NCBI GenBank assembly: GCA_947458785.1 | Contig: CANGZU010000002.1 | Coordinates: forward strand, 1,770-65,769 | Reading direction: 5' to 3' | DNA: 64,000 bases | Source: Ignavibacteria bacterium | GTDB taxonomy: Bacteria > Bacteroidota > Ignavibacteria > Kapaibacteriales > Kapaibacteriaceae | Shown here: positions 55,424 through 64,000 of the stretch, piece by piece | Numbering within the stretch: position 1 is the first letter of the stretch | How the letters are laid out: every line of letters begins with the position of its first letter | Translations under genes and position numbers: made by a program | Notes under the pieces: model-generated | The model's input: only the letters and a program-made list of their open reading frames with translations | Told to the model about the DNA's origin: nothing | The model's database searches: none

Positions 55424-56869
55424 TTAGTAGCGGTAGTACTCAGGCTTGTATGGCCCCTTGACTTCAACGCCAATGTATTTGGCCTGCTTGTCATTGAGCA
55501 CTTCAAGCTGAACACCGATCTTCTTGAGGTGAAGGCGTGCAACCTTCTCATCAAGCTTCTTCGGCAGAACATAGACCTTGTTCTCATACTTGTCGGCATT
55601 CTTCCAAAGTTCGATCTGTGCGAGCGTTTGGTTCGTGAAGGAGTTCGACATCACGAATGATGGGTGGCCCATCGCGCAGCCCAGATTGACGAGGCGTCCT
55701 TCGGCAAGTACAATGATGTTGTTCTTGCCGATCGTGTACATGTCTACCTGTGGCTTGATCTCGACCTTGCTCTTGCCATGATTCTTGTTCAGCCATGCCA
55801 TGTCGATCTCATTATCGAAGTGGCCGATATTGCAGACTATAGCCTTGTCCTTCATTGCCTTGAAGTGCTTTTCCGAGATGATGTCGCAGTTACCCGTTGC
55901 GGTAACGACGATGTCTGCTTCCTTGACCGCATCGATCATCTTCTTGACTTCAAATCCATCCATTGCGGCCTGTAGGGCGCAAATTGGATCGATCTCTGTA
56001 ACGATTACACGAACGCCAGCACCAGCAAGCGATGCCGCAGAGCCCTTACCTACGTCGCCATAGCCAGCTACAACGGCAACCTTACCTGCAAGCATGATGT
56101 CCGTTGCGCGACGAATGGCGTCTACAAGAGATTCCTTGCAGCCATACTTATTATCGAACTTGCTCTTCGTGACCGAGTCGTTTACGTTGATGGCTGGGAT
56201 CGGGAGTGTGCCCGCTTTGATACGCTCGTACAAGCGCAGAACGCCGGTCGTTGTCTCTTCCGAAAGACCACGGATGCCGCCTACGAGCTCAGGGTACTTG
56301 TCTAGTACCATGTTCGTAAGATCTCCACCGTCGTCAAGGATCATGTTAAGGGGCTGACGGCTCTTGCCGAAGAACAGAGTCTGCTCGATGCACCAGTCAA
56401 ACTCCTCTTCGTTCATGCCCTTCCAGGCAAAGACCGGAACACCCGCCTTGGCGATTGCCGCTGCTGAGTGATCCTGCGTTGAGAAGATGTTACAGCTCGA
56501 CCATTGCACATCTGCTCCGAGATCCACAAGTGTCTCGATCAGGACAGCAGTCTGAATTGTCATGTGAAGGCAGCCAGCAATGCGAGCCCCTTGAAGTGGC
56601 TTCTTGCCCTTGTATTCATCACGCAGAGCCATTAAGCCCGGCATTTCTGCCTCGGCTAGCATGATCTCCTTGCGACCCCACGGGGCAAGACTCATGTCGG
56701 CAACGGCAAACGCGTTAGGCTTGTAGCCGATATCGCCTTTGGCTACCCGTGCCGGTAACTTCATGAGTTTGTTTGACGTGTGAACACCATTCTTGGCTGT
56801 GCCATTCTTGGCGACACCGTTCTTTGCGACGCCGTTTGTGGCCGTCTTCTTCGTTGTAGTTGTTGCCAT
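55424..56869 (-). CDS. ahcY: Adenosylhomocysteinase with an N-terminal pentapeptide-repeat extension
   Basis: [17 protein letters not shown]-binding GYGDVGKG, C-terminal YRY. The N-terminal 35 aa contain [18 protein letters not shown]. An alternative canonical-length start is ATG 56764. Confidence 0.9.
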   Translation of the reverse strand: MATTTTKKTATNGVAKNGVAKNGTAKNGVHTSNKLMKLPARVAKGDIGYKPNAFAVADMSLAPWGRKEIMLAEAEMPGLMALRDEYKGKKPLQGARIAGCLHMTIQTAVLIETLVDLGADVQWSSCNIFSTQDHSAAAIAKAGVPVFAWKGMNEEEFDWCIEQTLFFGKSRQPLNMILDDGGDLTNMVLDKYPELVGGIRGLSEETTTGVLRLYERIKAGTLPIPAINVNDSVTKSKFDNKYGCKESLVDAIRRATDIMLAGKVAVVAGYGDVGKGSAASLAGAGVRVIVTEIDPICALQAAMDGFEVKKMIDAVKEADIVVTATGNCDIISEKHFKAMKDKAIVCNIGHFDNEIDMAWLNKNHGKSKVEIKPQVDMYTIGKNNIIVLAEGRLVNLGCAMGHPSFVMSNSFTNQTLAQIELWKNADKYENKVYVLPKKLDEKVARLHLKKIGVQLEVLNDKQAKYIGVEVKGPYKPEYYRY

Positions 56870-56892
56870 TGTCTTGTTGAATATGATGGTAA

Positions 56893-58035
56893 TTAGGCGA
56901 ACTTGGAAGCAAACATCTCACGCAGGTCCAGATGTTCCCACGGGAACTCGTGGCGTCCAAAATGTCCGTAGGCGGCAGAGGCACGATAGATCGGTCTACG
57001 CAGGTTTAGGCGGGTGATGATGCCAGCCGGCGTAAGGTCGATGTTGCTCATAATAAAGGCCTCAAGCTCGCGTGGGTTTACCTGTGAGGTGCCATGGAGA
57101 TCGGCGTTGATCGACACTGGCTGGGCCACACCGATGGCGTATGCAAGCTGAATTGTGCATTCGCGAGCGATGCCTGCAGCAACGATGTTCTTGGCCAAAT
57201 GGCGCGCGGCATATGCTGCTGAGCGGTCAACCTTTGTTGGATCCTTGCCCGAGAAAGCGCCACCACCGTGTGGAGCCTTGCCCCCGTATGTGTCAACAAT
57301 GATCTTGCGGCCCGTAAGCCCCGTATCACCGTGAGGTCCGCCAATCTCGAACTTACCCGTCGGGTTGACGTGGAAGGTTGTATCACTGTCGATCAGATGC
57401 TCGGGAATGACTGCCTTGACAACATTCTCGATTACGTCTTCTTTGATGCGTGACTGGGCATTGTCCATCGGGTCGTGCTGTGTTGAGACAACGACCGTAT
57501 CAACGCTTACAACTTCGCCGTTATCACCGTAGACCACCGATACCTGAGCCTTTGCGTCTGGACGCAGATATGGCATCAGCTTGGGGTTGTTCTTGCGGAT
57601 GTCTGCCAGGCGCTTGACGAGTTGATGCGAGAAATGGATCGCAGCTGGCATGTATTCGGCTGTTTCCGTGTTTGCATAACCAAACATCATACCTTGGTCA
57701 CCAGCGCCGCCGGTGTCAACGCCCTGAGCGATGTCGGGCGACTGACGGTTGATCACGTTGATGACAGAGCAAGAGTCTGCTTCAAAACGATATTCACCAC
57801 GATCGTAACCGATGTCGCGAATAACGCCACGAACAAGCTCTGGCAGGTCGATGTAGTGCGTTGTTGTGATCTCGCCACCAACGACGATCATGCCTGTTGT
57901 TGCAAAGCACTCACAGGCAACACGACCGGTGGGGTCGTTGGCTAGAACTTCGTCAAGCACCGCATCTGATACTTGATCGCAAACTTTGTCTGGGTGTCCT
58001 TCTGAAACGGACTCGGAGGTAAAGATGTACTTCAT
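56893..58035 (-). CDS. metK: S-adenosylmethionine synthetase
   Basis: [48 protein letters not shown]. Confidence 0.95.
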   Translation of the reverse strand: MKYIFTSESVSEGHPDKVCDQVSDAVLDEVLANDPTGRVACECFATTGMIVVGGEITTTHYIDLPELVRGVIRDIGYDRGEYRFEADSCSVINVINRQSPDIAQGVDTGGAGDQGMMFGYANTETAEYMPAAIHFSHQLVKRLADIRKNNPKLMPYLRPDAKAQVSVVYGDNGEVVSVDTVVVSTQHDPMDNAQSRIKEDVIENVVKAVIPEHLIDSDTTFHVNPTGKFEIGGPHGDTGLTGRKIIVDTYGGKAPHGGGAFSGKDPTKVDRSAAYAARHLAKNIVAAGIARECTIQLAYAIGVAQPVSINADLHGTSQVNPRELEAFIMSNIDLTPAGIITRLNLRRPIYRASAAYGHFGRHEFPWEHLDLREMFASKFA

Positions 58036-58038
58036 GTG

Positions 58039-59019
58039 CTACTGAGATAACCTCACGATGGAGGCATCGCCAATATTAATGGTGGAAAATCTTCCTGTGA
58101 TTTCAGCGTTCTCGCCAATGATCGACTGGTCTAGTGCAATGTCGATGGCCGATGCATTGTCACTGATGATACTATCACGAATGATACTATTGCGAACAAC
58201 TGCCCCCTTTGAGATCGACGCATACGGACCAATGACGGAGTGTTCGACGATCGCCGTTGGGTCTACGTGGACCGGTGGTACAAAGACACATCCTTCTGGG
58301 GCAGGGGGCTGGGCACTGCGCTTGGTAAGCAGAAAGCGATTGGTCAGGAGCAGTGTTTCCGGCTTGCCACAGTCGTACCATCCGTCTACTGTGAACGTTG
58401 TGAACTTCACCCCTGCATCTACCATGAGCTGCAGTGCGTCTGTGAGTTGATACTCACCCTTGGTGCGGATATTCTGCTGGATCAGTGTATCAAGAGCTGT
58501 GCGCAGTTTACGGGGCTCGTGGATGTAGTACAAGCCAACGATAGCCATCGTAGAAACGAGTGATTCTGGCTTTTCAACGAGGCGGGACACAAAGCCCCCT
58601 TCCTCGATAACAACACCGAACCGACGTGGATCGTCAACATGTTTAACACCGAGCGATGAGAACTGACGCGACTTCAGCGTAGCTAGGTCAACATCAAAGA
58701 CAGTGTCGCCAAGAATGATGAGTACAGGTTCATCGGCAAGAGACTCGCGCGCTGTCCAGATTGCATGGCCTAGGCCGAGCATCTCGTCTTGCTGAACAAA
58801 CGTTGCATCAAGCTTGTAGTTGTTGTTGACGTATTCCTCTACAAGCTCGCCCTTGTATCCAGTGATGATCGTGGTGCTGGTGATGCCTTGCTCAACAAGT
58901 GAGTCAAGGATATGTCCAAGGATCGGCTTGCCCGCAACATTCACCAACACCTTTGGAAGGGAATGAGTAAACGGACGAAGCCTGGTACCGATGCCAGCTA
59001 CTGGAATGATCGCATGCAT
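58039..59019 (-). CDS. Sugar-1-phosphate nucleotidyltransferase with a C-terminal left-handed beta-helix
   Basis: MHAIIPVAGIGTRLRPFTHSLPKVLVNVAGKPIL (NTP_transferase G-loop). Hexapeptide-like repeats at the C-terminus. Substrate not assignable. Confidence 0.75.
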   Translation of the reverse strand: MHAIIPVAGIGTRLRPFTHSLPKVLVNVAGKPILGHILDSLVEQGITSTTIITGYKGELVEEYVNNNYKLDATFVQQDEMLGLGHAIWTARESLADEPVLIILGDTVFDVDLATLKSRQFSSLGVKHVDDPRRFGVVIEEGGFVSRLVEKPESLVSTMAIVGLYYIHEPRKLRTALDTLIQQNIRTKGEYQLTDALQLMVDAGVKFTTFTVDGWYDCGKPETLLLTNRFLLTKRSAQPPAPEGCVFVPPVHVDPTAIVEHSVIGPYASISKGAVVRNSIIRDSIISDNASAIDIALDQSIIGENAEITGRFSTINIGDASIVRLSQ

Positions 59020-59058
59020 TGCGGCAAAGATACGGGCAGAATGCTTTGCATACGTCCG

Positions 59059-61272
59059 TTAATCGATGGTAACGACCTGTCCGGCACGAAGGCCAGAGGA
59101 ACGCTTTAGCGAAGGATTCTTCTTCTTCAGCGTTGCGACCGTTGTGTTGAACCTATCGGCGATCTCTGCTAGTGTGTCGCCCTTGCGAACCTTATACTTC
59201 TTGGGTCTTTGTACGACTTGCTGCCGCTGCACTGCTGGTTGGGCAACTCGGACTTCAACTTTGAGTCGTTGGCCAGCCTTGATTTTTGGTCGGATTGCCG
59301 AAAGCCCATTCAGCTTCGCAATGCGTTCGACGGAGGTTCCGTATGTCCGCGCTATGCTTGCTAGAGTCTCGCCCCTGAGCACCTTGTGCTGCTTTGTTTG
59401 CACAACGGGCAATCGTTCTATCTCAGGATCCTGGCTCTTGCGCACGCCGGAAGGGGTGCCCACGACGAGTGTGTCTCCGATACGGAGCGCATCCCGGTCA
59501 TAGGCAATGTTGTTCCAGTTGCGGAGATCCATCAAGCGAATGTTGTACTTGTTCGAGATCGACGAAAGATTGTCGCCTTTGGCAACAACGTGAATAGCAG
59601 CTACCTTTTCCTTACGACCAGTCGGGCCGGTTGGAGCGTCATGTCCTGCTACTGCCGAAGGATTTGCACTTGGCGTTGACTTCTTTTCCTGTGTTGATTG
59701 CGAGTTTGATTGTTCGGACGCTTCGACGCTGGTAGAAGACTGTGCACTAGGTTGTGTCGCCGCCGAAGCAACTGCCGATGCGTTCTCTTGACCGCCGCGA
59801 ACTGGTACACGGAGAGCCATCCCTCCCTTTAAACGAGCGCGATATCCACTAAGCCCGTTGATTTCTGCGAGCTCTCCAGCGGTGGCCCCATACATTGCGG
59901 CTATGCTTGCGAGCGTCTCGCCACGCACCACTGAGTGCTTGATGAAGACCTGCTTTTCGTCGTCGCTCAGGGCAGCATATCGCTTGATGAAGTCGTTGCC
60001 CATTCCAGGATAAACCTTCAACTGATAGCCACCGGTAGGGGGCGTGCAGTCTCGAACCAGCTCTGGATTGAGCTTACGCAGAGAATCAATCGACATTGCC
60101 CCACACATGGCAAGCGTGGAGAAGTTCACGGGCTCGTCGATCTTGACCGTCTCGTATTCGTATGGCGGAAGAAGGCTGATGGAATCATCGGGAAATCCGT
60201 ACTTATCGCGCTTCATCGTGATGATCGTTGTAGCGATATACAGCGGCACGTAGTCGCGGGTTTCCTTTGGCAGATGTTCGCGGATTTGCCAGAAGGTTGG
60301 CTTCTCGAGACCTGATTTCCGAATTGCTCTACGCACGCCCCCTCCACCACAGTTGTAGGCTGCAAGTGCAAGGTGCCAGTCGCCTAGGTCATTGTATAGA
60401 TCCCGCAGAAACCGCATGGCGGCTCGAGTGGCCTTCTCTGGGTCGCGACGTTCGTCGAGCCAATAGCCGGCTCTGAGGTTGTACTCTTCGCCCGTAGGCT
60501 TCATGAACTGCCACATGCCAACGGCCTTCGCGCGGGAGAATGCATTCGGATTCAATGCCGACTCCATCATCGCCAGGTGGACGATCTCCTCGGGCATCTT
60601 CTCTTCTTTGGCAATACGTCGCAAGAGTCCAAACCAACGTCCAGTACGCTCGATCCATGTCTTCATGAACCGCCGACCGCGGCCATAGGCCATGAACGAA
60701 ATGTTTGCATCAACGTGCTCGTTGTAGGTCAATGGAATCGTTGTCTCGGGCAAGTCCGGCGGGGCAAGGGGCTTGGGCACCGAGATCGTTTCAAGCGTAG
60801 TCTGCCGAGCATCTACGGCCTCGAACAATCGATCGCGAAGAATGAAAATCGAGGAATTCTGGTTCAGGTTGTCAATGCTGCGGACGTACGTTTCGTAGTC
60901 CTCGATAACGCTTTGTACCAGGTCGGTAAAGTCAGAATTGGATTCGACATCCGGGAAGGATGCAAGCTCATTGAGGATGGCAATCGCCCCCTCGAAATCC
61001 TCTGCAGCCCGAGTCGTATCAGAGTTCTCGATGTGCGAGAGAGCCTGCAGATATCGCTGGCGCGCCTGTTCCATTCGGCGAGCGACGGAAGGATCTAGCT
61101 TGTCGGACTCTTCATCGTATTCGTCCAGCTCACTGAACTCATCGGGAAAGACAGGTTTCGTACGCGCAGAATCACGTGTGGAGGACAGTCCATGCGGCTT
61201 TGCTGATGCATGGTCTACGACCAAGCATGAAGAAATCAGCAGAACTATACTGAGACACGTCCAACACCGCAT
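59059..61272 (-). CDS. Membrane-bound lytic murein transglycosylase D-like protein (SLT domain plus four LysM domains)
   Basis: SLT catalytic region MESALNPNAFSRAKAVGMWQFM. Four LysM modules (HSVVRGETLASIAAMYG, HVVAKGDNLSSISNKYN, HKVLRGETLASIARTYG, YKVRKGDTLAEIADRFN). Confidence 0.85.
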   Translation of the reverse strand: MRCWTCLSIVLLISSCLVVDHASAKPHGLSSTRDSARTKPVFPDEFSELDEYDEESDKLDPSVARRMEQARQRYLQALSHIENSDTTRAAEDFEGAIAILNELASFPDVESNSDFTDLVQSVIEDYETYVRSIDNLNQNSSIFILRDRLFEAVDARQTTLETISVPKPLAPPDLPETTIPLTYNEHVDANISFMAYGRGRRFMKTWIERTGRWFGLLRRIAKEEKMPEEIVHLAMMESALNPNAFSRAKAVGMWQFMKPTGEEYNLRAGYWLDERRDPEKATRAAMRFLRDLYNDLGDWHLALAAYNCGGGGVRRAIRKSGLEKPTFWQIREHLPKETRDYVPLYIATTIITMKRDKYGFPDDSISLLPPYEYETVKIDEPVNFSTLAMCGAMSIDSLRKLNPELVRDCTPPTGGYQLKVYPGMGNDFIKRYAALSDDEKQVFIKHSVVRGETLASIAAMYGATAGELAEINGLSGYRARLKGGMALRVPVRGGQENASAVASAATQPSAQSSTSVEASEQSNSQSTQEKKSTPSANPSAVAGHDAPTGPTGRKEKVAAIHVVAKGDNLSSISNKYNIRLMDLRNWNNIAYDRDALRIGDTLVVGTPSGVRKSQDPEIERLPVVQTKQHKVLRGETLASIARTYGTSVERIAKLNGLSAIRPKIKAGQRLKVEVRVAQPAVQRQQVVQRPKKYKVRKGDTLAEIADRFNTTVATLKKKNPSLKRSSGLRAGQVVTID

Positions 61273-61415
61273 TCAAGTTCACCCACGAGATACACCACGA
61301 AACATTGGTCGACGCGCTAAATATACGACCATGGGCCAAAGGACGCCAAACCCGGGCGTTCATTGTTCGATGAACACAAGTTCATGGAAACGTTAGGCTT
61401 AGGACCGAATACGGA

Positions 61416-62147
61416 CTATTTCAAGCCACCGGCCACCCATGCCTTGACCTTCTGGATCGAGCAATCGTCCAGTTTCGGTCCGGATGGTGGCATCTTGGCA
61501 AAGCCTGCCGTGTGCGTGACGGTGCCTACCAATGCACCTGAACGGGCCTGTGCTTCGACCACCGAGCGGTTCGTAAGATCGATTCCCGCACTTGGGTCAG
61601 TTGCACCGTGACAGCCCACGCACCACGTTGTGAGCAATGGCGCTATCGTGGCTGTGTAGGTTACGTTCGATGTGTCGCAAGCGGTCTCGTTGGAGCAGTC
61701 GCGGTTCGTAGCCCCTTCCTTGATCCATCGTGCGATCGTGTTGATCTGCTCGGTGGTGAGTTTACCCGGAGGAGGAGGCATGACCTTGTCTGGATCGGTT
61801 TCTGTGATAACCCCATACAACTCGGATCTGCTCAGGCTACCAGGGGTGACGTTCCGTATGACATACGCATACGTTGTTAGCACGACTCCGTCCTCATGTG
61901 ATGATTCGTTATGACATCCAGACATCGCACAATTGGAGATCAGGATCGGCAAGACGTCGCGGGAGAAGCATACAGTCGAATCGATCTTGGTCGTATCTCC
62001 TCCACCGGTATAGTCTGTGGTGTCGATTTCGGTCGAGTCGTCATCATCATGGTCGCGGCCATGAAACGGACCATCGATAAGGTCAGCGCATGCGGTTATT
62101 GAAACGGCAATTATGAGCACAATGAGTGCACGAAAGGGCGTCTTCAT
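61416..62147 (-). CDS. Lipoprotein with two c-type-cytochrome-like domains (one CX4CH, one CXXCH)
   Basis: Lipobox SITAC. Domain 1: ILISNCAMSGCH...KVMPPPPG. Domain 2: LLTTWCVGCHG...AKMPPSGP. Both resemble the N-terminal domain of the protein at 5490..7064. Confidence 0.6.
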   Translation of the reverse strand: MKTPFRALIVLIIAVSITACADLIDGPFHGRDHDDDDSTEIDTTDYTGGGDTTKIDSTVCFSRDVLPILISNCAMSGCHNESSHEDGVVLTTYAYVIRNVTPGSLSRSELYGVITETDPDKVMPPPPGKLTTEQINTIARWIKEGATNRDCSNETACDTSNVTYTATIAPLLTTWCVGCHGATDPSAGIDLTNRSVVEAQARSGALVGTVTHTAGFAKMPPSGPKLDDCSIQKVKAWVAGGLK

Positions 62148-62176
62148 CGCGCAAGAATACGTCAGGCCAGGATTCG

Positions 62177-62419
62177 TTACAATTCTAGGTTGCTGCGCAA
62201 CAGGTCCACTTGATACCGAACATGGGCCTCCCGCGCGATACGCAAATCGTGCAATCGTTGGCGCAGCTCGCGCTGATCGTCAATTGTGCCATGAACCCTG
62301 GCGTCATGCACGAGTGATTCCAACTGGACTTCTTCTTCGAGCCATGCTAGCTCTTGACTGCGCAACTGCTCTAGTTGCTCGATGTAGTAATCGAATGTAA
62401 TGTCTGATGTGGTTGTCAT
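62177..62419 (-). CDS. Small hypothetical coiled-coil protein
   Basis: 80 aa from ATG 62419, which is preceded by GAGGTG. E/L/Q/R-rich heptad-like sequence, lying between two same-strand genes. No family recognised. Confidence 0.4.
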   Translation of the reverse strand: MTTTSDITFDYYIEQLEQLRSQELAWLEEEVQLESLVHDARVHGTIDDQRELRQRLHDLRIAREAHVRYQVDLLRSNLEL

Positions 62420-62502
62420 GAACACCTCTGAACAAATGAAGAATCTCTCCTCCATAGTGCTGACAAAGGCCCCAAGTGTGACATCAACGCGGGGTACTTC
62501 GT

Positions 62503-64000
62503 TTACTGACGCACGACAAATGCGCTGTACCGTGGAACGGAAATGGTGTATACGCCGGCCTCATACCAACCATCATAGATGACTCCGAGCTCTCTACCAA
62601 GGATGTCGTAGGCTACGAGCCGATAGGATCCTGGGTTAGTTATCGTAACACAGGCGTGATCACTACCATACATGAGCTTGATGTCTGCGTCTCGCTCATT
62701 CGCGCTCTCCAGAACACTCAACGGCCCATCTTCTATGCGTCCACGCCGGCTTAAGCGTTTGCCTTCAAACGCGGGCGCGTCCTTCGGATAGCGATAGATT
62801 TTGAAGACCATGTTGTTACGAGGTGTGCTGCCTTGGGGTATGATGGTTCCGTTCTGACCTACCGGATTTACGTATCGCCACACCTCACGTTTGTCGGGTG
62901 TTGATTCGATGAACATGCCGGATGGCCCCACGCAGGAAAGCACATTACCATTCGGCAGGATGGTGGCACCACTGATGTTTTGACCAAAAAACCTGTTCGA
63001 AAGAGACTCAGGATAGAGCATAGTAGACTGCGCGGGCTCGTAGGCTGCGGTGCCTGTTCTTCGGTAGACGCCGTCTGCATTGACCGGTAGCTCGATCAAG
63101 TCAACACTCGATGCATTTCCTCCAGTTCGTCCATTGCCGTTGTTAAAGATGCTCACCCGATTCCAGTCGCCCGGTACCCAACGTGCGTCGTGCTGTCCCC
63201 ATAGACGCTGCTGGGCAGCGCTCCCTGCCTTATAGATCTGAGGGTTACCCCATCGGTATACTAGTTTGCCGGACTTACGAGAAACGATCCAAATCTCGTT
63301 CAGGTGGTGAATGCTGATCATAACTTCATCACGCAAAGGGTTATAGCGCACGGAGTTTGCATGAAGCCAGTCGCTGCGATTACCGCCCGCATTGATATCG
63401 ATACGATCAGGATTCTGGTTAACAACGCCGAAGTTCGGTTTGTTGGGGTCGACATCCTGGATAAGATGATCCCATGAATTCCACGACCAGACAACGGTTC
63501 CGCTCGTTGGTCCTGTTGGCTGAACTTCTATCACGCGCTCCGACCACAATGCGTTCTCGACAAGCCGTGACGGAAGGCGTCCAGCAGCAAACGCCTCTTC
63601 CAGCGTATGGCTCTCCCATACAAGAAGCAGGACGTTTCCATTTGGCATGATCTCGACATCATGATGCGAGCGGTATGAAGTCCCATAGTGCTCGTAACGC
63701 CAAAGCGTTGTGCCGTCCCATGAAATGCGCTCTACGATACCGCCTGCCCCGCCCCCTCCCATCGCTTGAACATTTGCAGAGCCCGTGCGCAAGAGTGAGC
63801 CATCATCAAGCAGCATGACGGCCTGACCGGGGGGGATGTTACTGTTCCACGTATTGACGACTTGCCCATCGTTATCGATGAGATACGTAGTTGCCCGCTG
63901 ATTTACCGGCGCAAAGAGTGTATAACCGTCGAAGCATGCAGAAGGGTCGCTGCTGATGAGCCCGACAGTACGTTGCGCAATCAGGCAGTGTGCTGAGACG
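62503..64000 (-). CDS. Arylsulfotransferase (ASST)-like beta-propeller protein with a T9SS-type C-terminal domain; the 5' end lies outside the window
   Basis: The frame stays open to position 64000 (my translation gives ...FDGYTLFAPVNQRATTYLIDNDGQVVNTWN...). Motifs SWDHLIQD and DWLHANSVRYNPLRDEVMISIHHLNEIWIV. C-terminal tail (VTITNPGSYRLVAYDILGRELGVIYDGWYEAGVYTISV). Confidence 0.65.
   Translation of the reverse strand, partial: VSAHCLIAQRTVGLISSDPSACFDGYTLFAPVNQRATTYLIDNDGQVVNTWNSNIPPGQAVMLLDDGSLLRTGSANVQAMGGGGAGGIVERISWDGTTLWRYEHYGTSYRSHHDVEIMPNGNVLLLVWESHTLEEAFAAGRLPSRLVENALWSERVIEVQPTGPTSGTVVWSWNSWDHLIQDVDPNKPNFGVVNQNPDRIDINAGGNRSDWLHANSVRYNPLRDEVMISIHHLNEIWIVSRKSGKLVYRWGNPQIYKAGSAAQQRLWGQHDARWVPGDWNRVSIFNNGNGRTGGNASSVDLIELPVNADGVYRRTGTAAYEPAQSTMLYPESLSNRFFGQNISGATILPNGNVLSCVGPSGMFIESTPDKREVWRYVNPVGQNGTIIPQGSTPRNNMVFKIYRYPKDAPAFEGKRLSRRGRIEDGPLSVLESANERDADIKLMYGSDHACVTITNPGSYRLVAYDILGRELGVIYDGWYEAGVYTISVPRYSAFVVRQ

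Noticed and set aside
58036-58038. A SAM riboswitch or leader upstream of metK or ahcY
   Set aside because: metK starts 3 nt after the stop of the upstream nucleotidyltransferase gene, so there is no room for a riboswitch. The metK-ahcY gap is 23 nt if the long ahcY start is used.
1-64000. Mobile elements, integrases, toxin-antitoxin pairs, restriction-modification or other defence systems, and rRNA genes
   Set aside because: No transposase, integrase, nuclease-helicase or methyltransferase-like ORFs were recognised in any frame, and no terminal inverted repeats flank any block. The window reads as core chromosome.

Overview
This is a 64 kb stretch of mostly core chromosome from a Gram-negative bacterium. 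I place it in the FCB group (Bacteroidota, Ignavibacteriota, Chlorobiota and relatives) because at least six proteins carry T9SS-type C-terminal sorting domains and DUF4835 (PorD-like) and DUF5686 proteins are present. I cannot resolve the taxon further from sequence alone. Coding density is high and no mobile elements, CRISPR arrays or rRNA genes are visible.

Recognisable housekeeping content:
- Replication and repair: dnaA, and about 26 kb away dnaN-recF-DUF721-gyrB; also recO.
- Translation: prfB with its classical +1 frameshift site, gatA, and tRNA-Asn(GTT).
- Lipid A and envelope: lpxB-DUF374-lpxK, an lptF/G-type permease, pssA-psd, and an MltD-like LysM transglycosylase.
- Tat export: tatC, with tatA and tatB located elsewhere in the window.
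- Nucleotide and cofactor metabolism: purK, purS, purQ, tmk, ndk, metK-ahcY, yggS, acpS, cobB and a polyprenyl synthase.
- Central metabolism: sucD and proline dehydrogenase.

Items that look non-standard:
1. A tandem pair of DAACS-type symporter domains, each fused through an extra transmembrane helix to a family-3 periplasmic solute-binding domain.
2. A secreted cytochrome-c / PHM-DBH-like copper monooxygenase fusion carrying a T9SS tail.
3. A five-gene minus-strand cluster: a small beta-barrel OMP, a T9SS-tailed protein and three tail-fibre-like secreted proteins, two of them clear paralogues.
4. A tadA-rsmI gene fusion.
5. Inverted arrays of a heptanucleotide repeat that fill a convergent intergenic region.
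6. A 33-bp palindrome-containing triple tandem repeat between sucD and ndk.
7. A GAF protein with a degenerate GGDEF domain.
8. An AhcY with a pentapeptide-repeat N-terminal extension.
9. Two adjacent large proteins of unknown family, divergent from the PorD-like gene with start codons that overlap it.

All functional calls rest on motif recognition by eye in the supplied translations. No database search was run.
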